From Eledone cirrhosa (lineage: Eukaryota): 64,000 nt of DNA. The stretch spans positions 133,300,001 to 133,364,000 of the forward strand of contig OZ024744.1 of NCBI GenBank assembly GCA_964016885.1, in the 5' to 3' direction. The notes under the pieces are model-generated. The model was not told where the DNA came from. It did no database searches and was given only the letters and a program-made list of their open reading frames with translations. The translations under genes and the position numbers were made by a program. This document shows positions 1 to 15,409 of this stretch, one piece after another (position 1 is the first letter of the stretch; every line of letters begins with the position of its first letter).

Positions 1-3000
1 CCCCCAACTTAACTTAACCACAACCTAACTTAACCCCAACTTAACTTAACCCCAACTTAACTTAACCCCAACTTAACTTAACCCCACTTAACTTAAACCC
101 AACTTAAGTACCCCCAACTTAACTTAACCCCAACTTAACTTAACCCCAACTCAACTTAACCCCGCCTTAACTTAACCCCAACTTAACTTAACCCCAACTT
201 AACTTAACCACAATCTAACTTAACCCCAACTTAACTTAACCCCAACTTAACTTAACCCCAACTTAACTTAACCCCAATTTAACTTAACCCCAACTTAACT
301 TAACCCCAACTTAACTTAACCGCAACTTAATTAGACCCAACTTAAATAAACCCCAACTTAACTTACCGCCAACTTAACTTAACCCCAGCTTAATTAGACC
401 CAACTTAAATAAACCCCAACTTAACTTACCGCCAACTTAACTTACCCCCAACTTAACTTAACCACAACCTAACTTAACCCCAACTTAACTTAACCCCAAC
501 TTAACTTAACCCCAACTTAACTTAACACCAACTTAACTTAACCCCAACTTAATTTAACCCCAACTTAACTCAACCCAACTTAACTTAACCCTAACTTAAC
601 CCCAAATTAACTTAACCCCAACTTAACTTAACCCCATCTTAACTTACCCCCAACTTAACTTACCACCAACTTAACTTACCCCCAACTTAAGTTAACCTCC
701 ACTTAACTTAACCCCAACTTAACTTAACCCCAACTTAATTTAACCCCAACTTAACTTAACCCCAACTTAATTTAACCCCAACTTAACTTAACCCCAACTT
801 AAATTAACCCCAACTTAATTTGACCCAACTTAAATTAACCCCAACTTAACTTACCCCCAACTTAACTTACCACCAACTTAACTTAACCCCAACTTAACTT
901 AACCCCAACTTAACTTAACCCCACTTAACTTAAACCCAACTTAAGTACCCCCAACTTAAGTTAACCCCAAATTAACTCAACCCCAACTTAACTTAACCCC
1001 AACTTAACTTAACCCCAACTTAACTTAACCCCAACTTAACTTAACCCCAACTTAACTTAACCACAAATTAACTTAACCCCAACTTAACTTAACCCCAACT
1101 TAACTTAACCCCAACTTAACTTAACCCCAACTTAACTTAACCCCAACTTAACTTAAACCTAACCTAACTTAACCCCAACTTAACCCCAACTTAACTTGAC
1201 CCCAACTTAACTTAACCCCAACTTAACTCAACCCCAACTTAACTTAACCCCAACTTAACTCAGCCCCAACTTAACTCAGCCCCAACTTAACTTAGCCACA
1301 ACTTAACTTAACACCAACTTAACTTAACCCCAACTTAACTTAACCCCAACTTAACTTAACCCCAACTTAACTTATCCCCAACTTAACTGAACCCCAACTT
1401 AACTTAACCCCAACTTAATATAACCCCAACTTAACTTAACCCCAACTTAACTCAACCCCAACTTAAATTAACCCCAACTTAACTTATCCCCAACTTAACT
1501 TAACCCCAACTTAATTAACCCCAACTTAAATTAACCCCAACTTAACTTAACACCAACTTAACGTAACCCCAACTTAACTTAACCCCAACTTAACTTAAAC
1601 CTAACTTAACCCCAACTTAACCCCAACTTAACTTGACCCCAACTTAACTTAACCCCAACTTAACTCAACCTCAACTTAACTTAACCCCAACTTAACTCAG
1701 CCCCAACTTAACTCAGCCCCAACTTAACTTAGCCCCAACTTAACTTAACACCAACTTAACTTAACCCCAACTTAACTTAACCCCAACTTAACTTAACCCC
1801 AACTTAACTTATCCCCAACTTAACTGAACCCCAACTTAACTGAACCCCAACTTAAATTAACCCCAACTTAACTTAACCCCAACTTAACTTAACCCCAACT
1901 TAACTCAACACCAACTTAACTCAACCCCAACTTAACTCAACCCCAATTTAACTCAACCCCAACTTAACTCAACCCCAACTTAACTTAACCCCAACTTAAC
2001 TGAACCCTAACTTAACTTAACCCCGACTTAACTTAACCCCGACTTAACTTAACCCCAACTTAACTTAACCCCAACTTAACTTAACCCCAACTTAACTTAA
2101 CCCCAACTTAATTTAACCCCATCTTAACCCCAACTTAACTTAACCCCAACTTAACTGAACCCCAACTTAACTTAACACCAACTTAACGTAACCCCAACCT
2201 AAATAAACCCCAACTTAAATTAACCCCAACTTAACTTAACCCCAACTTAACTTAACCCCAACTTAACTTAACCCCAACTTAACTTATCCCCAACTTAACT
2301 TAACCCCAACTTAACTTAAACCCAACTTAACTTAACCCTAACTTAACTTAACCCCAACTTAATTTAACGCCAACTTAACTTAACCTCAACTTAACTTAAC
2401 CCCAACTTAACTTAACCCCAACTTAACTTAACCCCAACTTAATTTAACCCCAACTTAACTTAACCTCAACTTAACTTAGCCCCAACTTAACTTAACCCCA
2501 ACTTAAATTAACCCCAACTTAACTTAACCCCAACTTAACTTAACCCCGACTTAACTTAACCCCAACTTAACTTAACCGCAACTTAACTTAACCCCAACTT
2601 AACTTAACCACAAATTAACTTAACCCCAACTTAACTTAACCCCAACTTAACTTAACCCCAACTTAACTTAACCCCAACTTAACTTAAACCTAACTTAACT
2701 TAACCCCAACTTAACCCCAACTTAACTTGACCCCAACTTAACTTAACCCCAACTTAACTCAACCCCAACTTAACTTAACCCCAACTTAACTCAGCCCCAA
2801 CTTAACTCAGCCCCAACTTAACTTAACCCCAACTTAACTTAACACCAACTTAACTTAACCCCAACTTAACTTAACCCCAACTTAACTTAACCCCAACTTA
2901 ACTTATCCCCAACTTAACTGAACCCCAACTTAACTCAACCCCAACTTAAATTAACCCCAACTTAACTTAACCCCAACTTAACTTAACCCCAACTTAATTA

Positions 3001-6000
3001 ACCCCAACTTAAATTAACCCCAACTTAACTTAACACCAACTTAACGTAACCCCAACTTAATTTAACCCCAACTTGAATTAACCCCAACTTAACTTGCCCC
3101 CAACTTAACTTACCCCCAACTTAACTTAACCCCAACTTAATTTAACCCGAACTTAATTTAACCCCAACTTAACTTAAACCCAACTTAACTTAACCCCAAC
3201 TTAACTTAACCCCAAATTAACTCAACCCCAACTTAACTCAACCCCAACTTAACTTAACCCCAACTTAACTTAACCACAAATTAACTTAGCCCCAACTTAA
3301 ATTAACCCCAACTTAACTCAACCACAACTTAACTTAACCCCGACTTAACTTAACCCCACCTTAACTTAACCTCAACTTAACTTAACTGCAACTTAACTTA
3401 ACCCCAACTTAACTTAACCCCAACTTAACTCAACACCAACTTAACTCAACCCCAACTTAACTCAACGCCAATTTAACTCAACCCCAACTTAACTCAACCC
3501 CAACTTAACTTAACCCCGACTTAAATTAACCCCGACTTAACTTAACCCCAACTTAACTCAACCCCAACTTAACTTAACCCCAACTTAACTTAACCCCAAC
3601 TTAACTTAACCCCAACTTAAATTAACCCCAACTTAACTTAAACTCAACTTAACTAACCAACTTAACTTAACCCCAACTTAACTTGACCCCAACTTAACTT
3701 AACCCCAACTTAACTTAAACCCAACTTAACTTAACCCCAACTTAACTTAACCCCAACTTAACCCCAAATTAAATTAACCTCAACTTAACTTAACCCCAAC
3801 TTAACTTAGCCCCAACTTAACTTAGCCCCAACTTAACTTAGCCCCAACTTAACTTAACCCCAACTTAACTTAACCGCACCTTAACTTAACCTCAACTTAA
3901 CTTAACTGCAACTTAACTTAACCCCAACTTAACTTAACCCCAACTTAACTCAAAACCAACTTAACTCAACCCCAACTTAACTCAACCCCAATTTAACTCA
4001 ACCCCAACTTAACTCAACCCCAACTTAACTTAACCCCAACTTAACTGAACCCTAACTTAACTTAACCCCGACTTAACTTAACCCCGACTTAACTTAACCC
4101 CAACTTAACTTAACCCCAACTTAACTTAACCCCAACTTAACTTAACCCCAACTTAATTTAACCCCATCTTAACCCCAACTTATCTTAACCCCAACTTAAC
4201 TGAACCCCAACTTAATTTAACCCCAACTTAAATAAACCCCAACTTAACTTAACCCCAACTTAACTTAACCCCAACTTAACTTAACCCCAACTTAACTCAG
4301 CCCCAACTTAACTTAGCCCCAACTTAACTTAACCCCAACTTAACTTAACCCCAACTTAACTTAACCCCAACTTAACTTAACACCAACTTAACGTAACCCC
4401 AACTTAATTTAACCCCAACTTAAATTAACCTCAACTTAACTTAACCCCAACTTAACTTAACCCCATCTTAACTTAACCCCAACTTAACTTAACCCCAACT
4501 TAACTTAACCCCAACTTAAATTAACCCCAACTTAACTTAACCCCAACTTAACTTAACCCCGACTTAACTTAACCCCAACTTAACTTAATCCCAACTTAAC
4601 TTAACCCCAACTTAACTTAACCACAAATTAACTTAACCCCAACTTAACTTAACCCCAACTTAACTTAACCCCAACTTAACTTAACCCCAACTTAACTTAA
4701 CCCCAACTTAACTTAAACCTAACTTAACTTAACCCCAACTTAACCCCAACTTAACTTGACCCCAACTTAACTTAACCCCAACTTAACTCAACCCCAACTT
4801 AACTTAACCCCAACTTAACTCAGCCCCAACTTAACTCAGCCCCAACTTAACTTAGCCACAACTTAACTTAACACCAACTTAACTTAACCCCAACTTAACT
4901 TAACCCCAACTTAACTTAACCCCAACTTAACTTATCCCCAACTTAACTGAACCCCAACTTAACTTAACCCCAACTCAATATAACCCCAACTTAACTTAAC
5001 CCCAACTTAACTCAACCCCAACTTAAATTAACCCCAACTTAACTTATCCCCAACTTAACTTAACCCCAACTTAATTAACCCCAACTTAAATTAACCCCAA
5101 CTTAACTTAACACCAACTTAACGTAACCCCAACTTAAATAAACCCCAACTTAAATGAACCCCAACTTAACTTAACCCCAACTTAACTTAACCCCAACTTA
5201 ACTCAGCCCCAACTTAACTTAGCCCCAACTTAACTTAACCCCAACTTAACTTAACCCCAACTTAACTTAACCCCAACTTAACTTAAACCTAACTTAACTT
5301 AACCCCAACTTAACCCCAACTTAACTTGACCCCAACTTAACTTAACCTCAACTTAACTTAACCCCAACTTAACTTAACCCCATCTTAACTTAACCCCAAC
5401 TTAACTTAACCCCAACTTAACTTAACCCCAACTTAAATTAACCCCAACTTAACTTAACCCCAACTTAACTTAACCCCGACTTAACTTAACCCCAACTTAA
5501 CTTAACCCCAACTTAACTTAACCCCAACTTAACTTAACCACAAATTAACTTAACCCCAACTTAACTTAACCCCAACTTAACTTAACCCCAACTTAACTTA
5601 ACCCCAACTTAACTTAACCCCAACTTAACTTAAACCTAACCTAACTTAACCCCAACTTAACCCCAACTTAACTTGACCCCAACTTAACTTAACCCCAACT
5701 TAACTCAACCCCAACTTAACTTAACCCCAACTTAACTCAGCCCCAACTTAACTCAGCCCCAACTTAACTTAGCCACAACTTAACTTAACACCAACTTAAC
5801 TTAACCCCAACTTAACTTAACCCCAACTTAACTTAACCCCAACTTAACTTATCCCCAACTTAACTGAACCCCAACTTAACTTAACCCCAACTTAATATAA
5901 CCCCAACTTAACTTAACCCCAACTTAACTCAACCCCAACTTAAATTAACCCCAACTTAACTTATCCCCAACTTAACTTAACCCCAACTTAATTAACCCCA

Positions 6001-8168
6001 ACTTAAATTAACCCCAACTTAACTTAACACCAACTTAACGTAACCCCAACTTAACTTAACCCCAACTTAACTTAAACCTAACTTAACTTAACCCCAACTT
6101 AACCCCAACTTAACTTGACCCCAACTTAACTTAACCCCAACTTAACTCAACCCCAACTTAACTTAACCCCAACTTAACTCAGCCCCAACTTAACTCAGCC
6201 CCAACTTAACTTAGCCCCAACTTAACTTAACAACAACTTAACTTAACCCCAACTTAACTTATCCCCAACTTAACTGAACCCCAACTTAACTGAACCCCAA
6301 CTTAAATTAACCCCAACTTAACTTAACCCCAACTTAACTTAACCCCAACTTAACTCAACACCAACTTAACTCAACCCCAACTTAACTCAACCCCAATTTA
6401 ACTCAACCCCAACTTAACTCAACCCCAACTTAACTTAACCCCAACTTAACTGAACCCTAACTTAACTTAACCCCGACTTAACTTAACCCCGACTTAACTT
6501 AACCCCAACTTAACTTAACCCCAACTTAACTTAACCCCAACTTAACTTAACCCCAACTTAATTTAACCCCATCTTAACCCCAACTTAACTTAACCCCAAC
6601 TTAACTGAACCCCAACTTAACTTAACCCCAACTTAAATAAACCCCAACTTAACTTAACCCCAACTTAACTTAACCCCAACTTAACTTAACCCCAACTTAA
6701 CTCAGCCCCAACTTAACTTAGCCCCAACTTAACTTAACCCCAACTTAACTTAACCCCAACTTAACTTAACCCCAACTTAACTTAACCCCAACTTAACTTA
6801 ACCCCAACTTAACTTAAACCCAACTTAACTTAACCCCAACTTAAATTATCCCCAACTTAACTTATCCCCAACTTAACTTAACCCCAACTTAACTTAACCC
6901 CAACTTAACTTAACCCCAACTTAATTTAACCCCAACTTAACTTAACCTCAACTTAACTTAACCCCAACTTAACTTAACCCCATCTTAACTTAACCCCAAC
7001 TTAACTTAACCCCAACTTAACTTAACCCCAACTTAAATTAACCCCAACTTAACTTAACCCCAACTTAACTTAACCCCGACTTAACTTAACCCCAACTTAA
7101 CTTAACCCCAACTTAACTTAACCCCAACTTAAGCCCAACTTAACTTGACCCCAACTTAACTTAACCCCAACTTAACTCAACCCCAACTTAACTTAACCCC
7201 AACTTAACTCAGCCCCAACTTAACTCAGCCCCAACTTAACTTAGCCCCAACTTAACTTAACACCAACTTAACTTAACCCCACCTTAACTTAACCCCAACT
7301 TAACTTAACCCCAACTTAACTTATCCCCAACTTAACTGAACCCCAACTTAACTTAACCCCAACTTAATATAACCCCAACTTAACTTAACCCCAACTTAAC
7401 TCAACCCCAACTTAAATTAACCCCAACTTAACTTAACCCCAACTTAACTTAACCCCAACTTAATTAACCCCAACTTAAATTAACCCCAACTTAACTTAAC
7501 ACCAACTTAACGTAACCCCAACTTAATTTAACCCCAACTTAAATTAACCCCAACTTAACTTGCCCCCAACTTAACTTACCCCCAACGTAACTTAACCCCA
7601 ACTTAATTTAACCCCAACTTAATTTAACCCCAACTTAACTTAACCCCAAATTAACTCAACCCCAACTTAACTCAACCCCAACTTAACTTAACCCCAACTT
7701 AACTTAACCCCAACTTAACTTAACCACAAATTAACTTAGCCCCAACTTAAATTAACCCCAACTTAACTCAACCACAACTTAACTTAACCCCGACCTAACT
7801 TAACCCCAACTTAACTTAACCCCAACTTAATTTAACCCCAACTTCACTCAACCCCAACTTAACTCAACCCCAACTTAACCCCAACTTAACTTAACCCCAA
7901 CTTAAATTAACCACAAAGTTAACTTAACCCCAATTTAAATTAACCCCAACTTAACTTAACCCCAACTTAACATAACCACCACTTAATTAACCCCAACTTA
8001 ACTCAACCCCAACTTAACTTAACCCTAACTTAACTTAACCCCAACTTAACCGCAACTTAACTTAACCCCAACTTAACTTACCCCCAACTTAACTTACCCC
8101 CAACTTAACTGAACCCCAACTTAAGTTAAGCCTAACTTAACTTAACGCCAACTTAACTTAACCCCGAC

Positions 8169-8344
8169 TTAGGGCTTAAGTTAAGTTGGGGCTAAGTTAA
8201 GTTGGGGTTAAGTCAAGTTGGAAGTTGTGGTTGAGTGAAGTTGGGGTTAAGTTAAGTTGGGGTTGAGTGAAGTTGGGGTTAAGTTAAGTTGGGGTTGAGT
8301 TACGTTGGGGTTGAGTTACGTTGGGGTTAAGTTAAGTTGGGGTT
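8169..8344 (-). repeat. Inverted island 1 (176 bp)
   Basis: Starts TTAGGGCTTAAG, contains AAGTCAAGTTGGAAGTTGTGG, has GAGTTACG twice, and returns at GGGGTT|AACTCC. Confidence 0.96.
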
Positions 8345-11300
8345 AACTCCAACTTAACTTAACCCCAACTTAACTTAACCCCAACTTAACTTAACCCCAA
8401 CATAACTTAACCCCAACTTAAATTAACCCCAACTTAACTTAAACTCAACTTAACTAACCAACTTAACTTAACCCCAATTTAACTTAACCCCAACTTAACT
8501 TAACCTCAACTTAACTTAACCCCAACTTAACTTAACCCCAACTTAAATTAACCCCAACTTAACTTAACCCCAACTTAACTTAACCCCGACTTAACTTAAC
8601 CCCAACTTAATTAACCCCAACTTAACTTAGCCCCAACTTAACTTAGCCCCAACTTAACTTAGCCCCAACTTAACTTAACCCCAACTTAACATAACCGCAC
8701 CTTAACTTAACCTCAACTTAACTTAACTGCAACTTAACTTAACCCCAACTTAACTTAACCCCAACTTAACTCAACACCAACTTAACTCAACCCCAACTTA
8801 ACTCAACCCCAATTTAACTCAACCCCAACTTAACTCAACCCCAACTTAACTTAACCCCAACTTAACTGAACCCTAACTTAACTTAACCCCGACTTAAATT
8901 AAGCCCAACTTAACTTAACCCCAACTTAACTCAGCCCCAACTTAACTTAGCCTTAACTTAACTTAACCCCAACTTAACTTAACCCCAACTTAATTAACCC
9001 CAACTTAAATTAACCCCAACTTAACTTAACACCAACTTAACGTAACCCCATCTTAAATAAACCCCAACTTAAATTAACCCCAACTTAACTTAACCCCAAC
9101 TTAACTTAACCCCAACTTAACTCAGCCCCAACTTAACTTAGCCCCAACTTAACTTAACCCCAACTTAACTTAACCCCAACTTAACTTAACCCCAACTTAA
9201 CTTATCCCCAACTTAACTTAACCCCAACTTAACTTAAACCCAACTTAACTTAACCCCAACTTAAACTATCCCCAACTTAACTTATCCCCAACTTAACTTA
9301 ACCCCAACTTAACTTAACCCCAACTTAACTTAACCCCAACTTAATTTAACCCCAACTTAACTTAACCTCAACTTAACTTAACCCCAACTTAACTTAACCC
9401 CAACTTAACTTAACCCCAACTTAAATTAGCCCCAACTTAACTTAACCCCAACTTAAATTAACCCCAACTTAACTTAACCCCAACTTAACTTAACCCCGAC
9501 TTAAATTAACCCCAACTTAACTTAACCCCAACTTAACTTAACCACAAATTAACTTAACCACAAATTAACTTAACCCCAACTTAACTTAACCCCAACTTAA
9601 CTTAACCCCAACTTAACTTAACCCCAACTTAACTTAACCCCAACTTAACTTAAACCTAACTTAACTTAACCCCAACTTAACCCCAACTTAACTTGACCCC
9701 AACTTAACTTAACCCCAACTTAACTCAACCCCAACTTAACTTAACCCCAACTTCACTCAGCCCCAACTTAACTCAGCCCCAACTTAACTTAGCCCCAACT
9801 TAACTTAACACCAACTTAACTTAACCCCAACTTAACTTAAACCTAACTTAACTTAACCCCAACTTAACCCCAACTTAACTTGACCCCAACTTAACTTAAC
9901 CCCAACTTAACTCAACCCCAACTTAACTTAACCCCAACTTCACTCAGCCCCAACTTAACTCAGCCCCAACTTAACTTAGCCCCAACTTAACTTAACACCA
10001 ACTTAACTTAACCCCAACTTAACTTAACCCCAACTTAACTTAACCCCAACTTAACTCAACCCCAACTTAACTTAACCCCAACTTAACTCAGCCCCAACTT
10101 AACTCAGCCCCAACTTAACTTAGCCCCAACTTAACTTAACACCAACTTAACTTAACCCCAACTTAACTTAACCCCAACTTAACTTAACCCCAACTTAACT
10201 TATCCCCAACTTAACTGAACCCCAACTTAACTTAACCCCAACTTAATATAACCCCAACTTAACTTAACCCCAACTTAACTCAACCCCAACTTAAATTAAC
10301 CCCAACTTAACTTAACCCCAACTTAACTTAACCCCAACTTAATTAACCCCAACTTAAATTAACCCCAACTTAACTTAACACCAACTTAACGTAACCCCAA
10401 CTTAACTTAACCCCAACTTAACTTAAACCTAACTTAACTTAATCCCAACTTAACCCCAACTTAACTTGACCCCAACTTAACTTAACCCCAACTTAACTCA
10501 ACCCCAACTTAACTTAACCCCAACTTAACTCAGCCCCAACTTAACTCAGCCCCAACTTAACTTAGCCCCAACTTAACTTAACACCAACTTAACTTAACCC
10601 CAACTTAACTTAACCCCAACTTAACTTAACCCCAACTTAACTTATCCCCAACTTAACTGAACCCCAACTTAACTGAACCCCAACTTAAATTAACCCCAAC
10701 TTAACTTAACCCCAACTTAACTTAACCCCAACTTAACTCAACACCAACTTAACTCAACCCCAACTTAACTCAACCCCAATTTAACTCAACCCCAACTTAA
10801 CTCAACCCCAACTTAACTTAACCCCAACTTAACTGAACCCTAACTTAACTTAACCCCGACTTAACTTAACCCCGACTTAACTTAACCCCAACTTAACTTA
10901 ACCCCAACTTAACTTAACCCCAACTTAACTTAACCCCAACTTAATTTAACCCCATCTTAACCCCAACTTAACTTAACCCCAACTTAACTGAACCCCAACT
11001 TAAATTAACCCCAACTTAAATAAACCCCAACTTAACTTAACCCCAACTTAACTTAACCCCAACTTAACTTAACCCCAACTTAACTCAGCCCCAACTTAAC
11101 TTAGCCCCAACTTAACTTAACCCCAACTTAACTTAACCCCAACTTAACTTAACCCCAACTTAACTTAAACCCAACTTAACTTAACCCCAACTTAAATTAT
11201 CCCCAACTTAACTTATCCCCAACTTAACTTAACCCCAACTTAACTTAACCCCAACTTAACTTAACCCCAACTTAATTTAACCCCAACTTAACTTAACCTC

Positions 11301-14300
11301 AACTTAACTTAACCCCAACTTAACTTAACCCCATCTTAACTTAACCCCAACTTAACTTAACCCCAACTTAACTTAACCCCAACTTAAATTAACCCCAACT
11401 TAACTTAACCCCAACTTAACTTAACCCCGACTTAACTTAACCCCAACTTCACTTAACCCCAACTTAACTCAGCCCCAACTTAACTTAGCCCCAACTTAAC
11501 TTAACCCCAACTTAACTTAACCCCAACTTAACTTAACCCCAACTTAACTTAACACCAACTTAACGTAACCCCAACTTAATTTAACCCCAACTTAAATTAA
11601 CCTCAACTTAACTTAACCCCAACTTAACTTAACCCCATCTTAACTTAACCCCAACTTAACTTAACCCCAACTTAACTTAAACCCAACTTAACTTAACCCC
11701 AACTTAACTTAACCCCAACTTAACTTAACCCCATCTTAACTTAACCCCAACTTAACTTAACCCCAACTTAACTTAACCCCAACTTAAATTAACCCCAACT
11801 TAACTTAACCCCAACTTAACTTAACCCCGACTTAACTTAACCCCAACTTAACTTAATCCCAACTTAACTTAACCCCAACTTAACTTAACCACAAATTAAC
11901 TTAACCCCAACTTAACTTAACCCCAACTTAACTTAACCCCAACTTAACTTAACCCCAACTTAACTTAACCCCAACTTAACTTAAACCTAACTTAACTTAA
12001 CCCCAACTTAACCCCAACTTAACTTGACCCCAACTTAACTTAACCCCAACTTAACTCAACCCCAACTTAACTTAACCCCAACTTAACTCAGCCCCAACTT
12101 AACTCAGCCCCAACTTAACTTAGCCACAACTTAACTTAACACCAACTTAACTTAACCCCAACTTAACTTAACCCCAACTTAACTTAACCCCAACTTAACT
12201 TATCCCCAACTTAACTGAACCCCAACTTAACTTAACCCCAACTCAATATAACCCCAACTTAACTTAACCCCAACTTAACTCAACCCCAACTTAAATTAAC
12301 CCCAACTTAACTTATCCCCAACTTAACTTAACCCCAACTTAATTAACCCCAACTTAAATTAACCCCAACTTAACTTAACACCAACTTAACGTAACCCCAA
12401 CTTAAATAAACCCCAACTTAAATGAACCCCAACTTAACTTAACCCCAACTTAACTTAACCCCAACTTAACTCAGCCCCAACTTAACTTAGCCCCAACTTA
12501 ACTTAACCCCAACTTAACTTAACCCCAACTTAACTTAACCCCAACTTAACTTAAACCTAACTTAACTTAACCCCAACTTAACTTGACCCCAACTTAACTT
12601 AACCTCAACTTAACTTAACCCCAACTTAACTTAACCCCATCTTAACTTAACCCCAACTTAACTTAACCCCAACTTAACTTAACCCCAACTTAAATTAACC
12701 CCAACTTAACTTAACCCCAACTTAACTTAACCCCGACTTAACTTAACCCCAACTTAACTTAACCCCAACTTAACTTAACCCCAACTTAACTTAACCACAA
12801 ATTAACTTAACCCCAACTTAACTTAACCCCAACTTAACTTAACCCCAACTTAACTTAACCCCAACTTAACTTAACCCCAACTTAACTTAAACCTAACCTA
12901 ACTTAACCCCAACTTAACCCCAACTTAACTTGACCCCAACTTAACTTAACCCCAACTTAACTCAACCCCAACTTAACTTAACCCCAACTTAACTCAGCCC
13001 CAACTTAACTCAGCCCCAACTTAACTTAGCCACAACTTAACTTAACACCAACTTAACTTAACCCCAACTTAACTTAACCCCAACTTAACTTAACCCCAAC
13101 TTAACTTATCCCCAACTTAACTGAACCCCAACTTAACTTAACCCCAACTTAATATAACCCCAACTTAACTTAACCCCAACTTAACTCAACCCCAACTTAA
13201 ATTAACCCCAACTTAACTTATCCCCAACTTAACTTAACCCCAACTTAATTAACCCCAACTTAAATTAACCCCAACTTAACTTAACACCAACTTAACGTAA
13301 CCCCAACTTAACTTAACCCCAACTTAACTTAAACCTAACTTAACTTAACCCCAACTTAACCCCAACTTAACTTGACCCCAACTTAACTTAACCCCAACTT
13401 AACTCAACCCCAACTTAACTTAACCCCAACTTAACTCAGCCCCAACTTAACTCAGCCCCAACTTAACTTAGCCCCAACTTAACTTAACAACAACTTAACT
13501 TAACCCCAACTTAACTTATCCCCAACTTAACTGAACCCCAACTTAACTGAACCCCAACTTAAATTAACCCCAACTTAACTTAACCCCAACTTAACTTAAC
13601 CCCAACTTAACTCAACACCAACTTAACTCAACCCCAACTTAACTCAACCCCAATTTAACTCAACCCCAACTTAACTCAACTCCAACTTAACTTAACCCCA
13701 ACTTAACTGAACCCTAACTTAACTTAACCCCGACTTAACTTAACCCCGACTTAACTTAACCCCAACTTAACTTAACCCCAACTTAACTTAACCCCAACTT
13801 AACTTAACCCCAACTTAATTTAACCCCATCTTAACCCCAACTTAACTTAACCCCAACTTAACTGAACCCCAACTTAACTTAACCCCAACTTAAATAAACC
13901 CCAACTTAACTTAACCCCAACTTAACTTAACCCCAACTTAACTTAACCCCAACTTAACTCAGCCCCAACTTAACTTAGCCCCAACTTAACTTAACCCCAA
14001 CTTAACTTAACCCCAACTTAACTTAACCCCAACTTAACTTAACCCCAACTTAACTTAACCCCAACTTAACTTAAACCCAACTTAACTTAACCCCAACTTA
14101 AATTATCCCCAACTTAACTTATCCCCAACTTAACTTAACCCCAACTTAACTTAATCCCAACTTAACTTAACCCCAACTTAATTTAACCCCAACTTAACTT
14201 AACCTCAACTTAACTTAACCCCAACTTAACTTAACCCCATCTTAACTTAACCCCAACTTAACTTAACCCCAACTTAACTTAACCCCAACTTAAATTAACC

Positions 14301-15409
14301 CCAACTTAACTTAACCCCAACTTAACTTAACCCCGACTTAACTTAACCCCAACTTAACTTAACCCCAACTTAACTTAACCCCAACTTAAGCCCAACTTAA
14401 CTTGACCCCAACTTAACTTAACCCCAACTTAACTCAACCCCAACTTAACTTAACCCCAACTTAACTCAGCCCCAACTTAACTCAGCCCCAACTTAACTTA
14501 GCCCCAACTTAACTTAACACCAACTTAACTTAACCCCACCTTAACTTAACCCCAACTTAACTTAACCCCAACTTAACTTATCCCCAACTTAACTGAACCC
14601 CAACTTAACTTAACCCCAACTTAATATAACCCCAACTTAACTTAACCCCAACTTAACTCAACCCCAACTTAAATTAACCCCAACTTAACTTAACCCCAAC
14701 TTAACTTAACCCCAACTTAATTAACCCCAACTTAAATTAACCCCAACTTAACTTAACACCAACTTAACGTAACCCCAACTTAATTTAACCCCAACTTAAA
14801 TTAACCCCAACTTAACTTGCCCCCAACTTAACTTACCCCCAACGTAACTTAACCCCAACTTAATTTAACCCCAACTTAATTTAACCCCAACTTAACTTAA
14901 CCCCAAATTAACTCAACCCCAACTTAACTCAACCCCAACTTAACTTAACCCCAACTTAACTTAACCCCAACTTAACTTAACCACAAATTAACTTAGCCCC
15001 AACTTAAATTAACCCCAACTTAACTCAACCACAACTTAACTTAACCCCGACCTAACTTAACCCCAACTTAACTTAACCCCAACTTAATTTAACCCCAACT
15101 TCACTCAACCCCAACTTAACTCAACCCCAACTTAACCCCAACTTAACTTAACCCCAACTTAAATTAACCACAAAGTTAACTTAACCCCAATTTAAATTAA
15201 CCCCAACTTAACATAACCACCACTTAATTAACCCCAACTTAACTCAACCCCAACTTAACTTAACCCTAACTTAACTTAACCCCAACTTAACCGCAACTTA
15301 ACTTAACCCCAACTTAACTTACCCCCAACTTAACTTACCCCCAACTTAACTGAACCCCAACTTAAGTTAAGCCTAACTTAACTTAACGCCAACTTAACTT
15401 AACCCCGAC

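Noticed and set aside
8169-8344. Islands as MITE or piggyBac-type insertions at TTAA
   Set aside because: They consist entirely of inverted satellite with no distinct terminal repeats. All share the same flanks, so they spread by block duplication and not by independent insertion.
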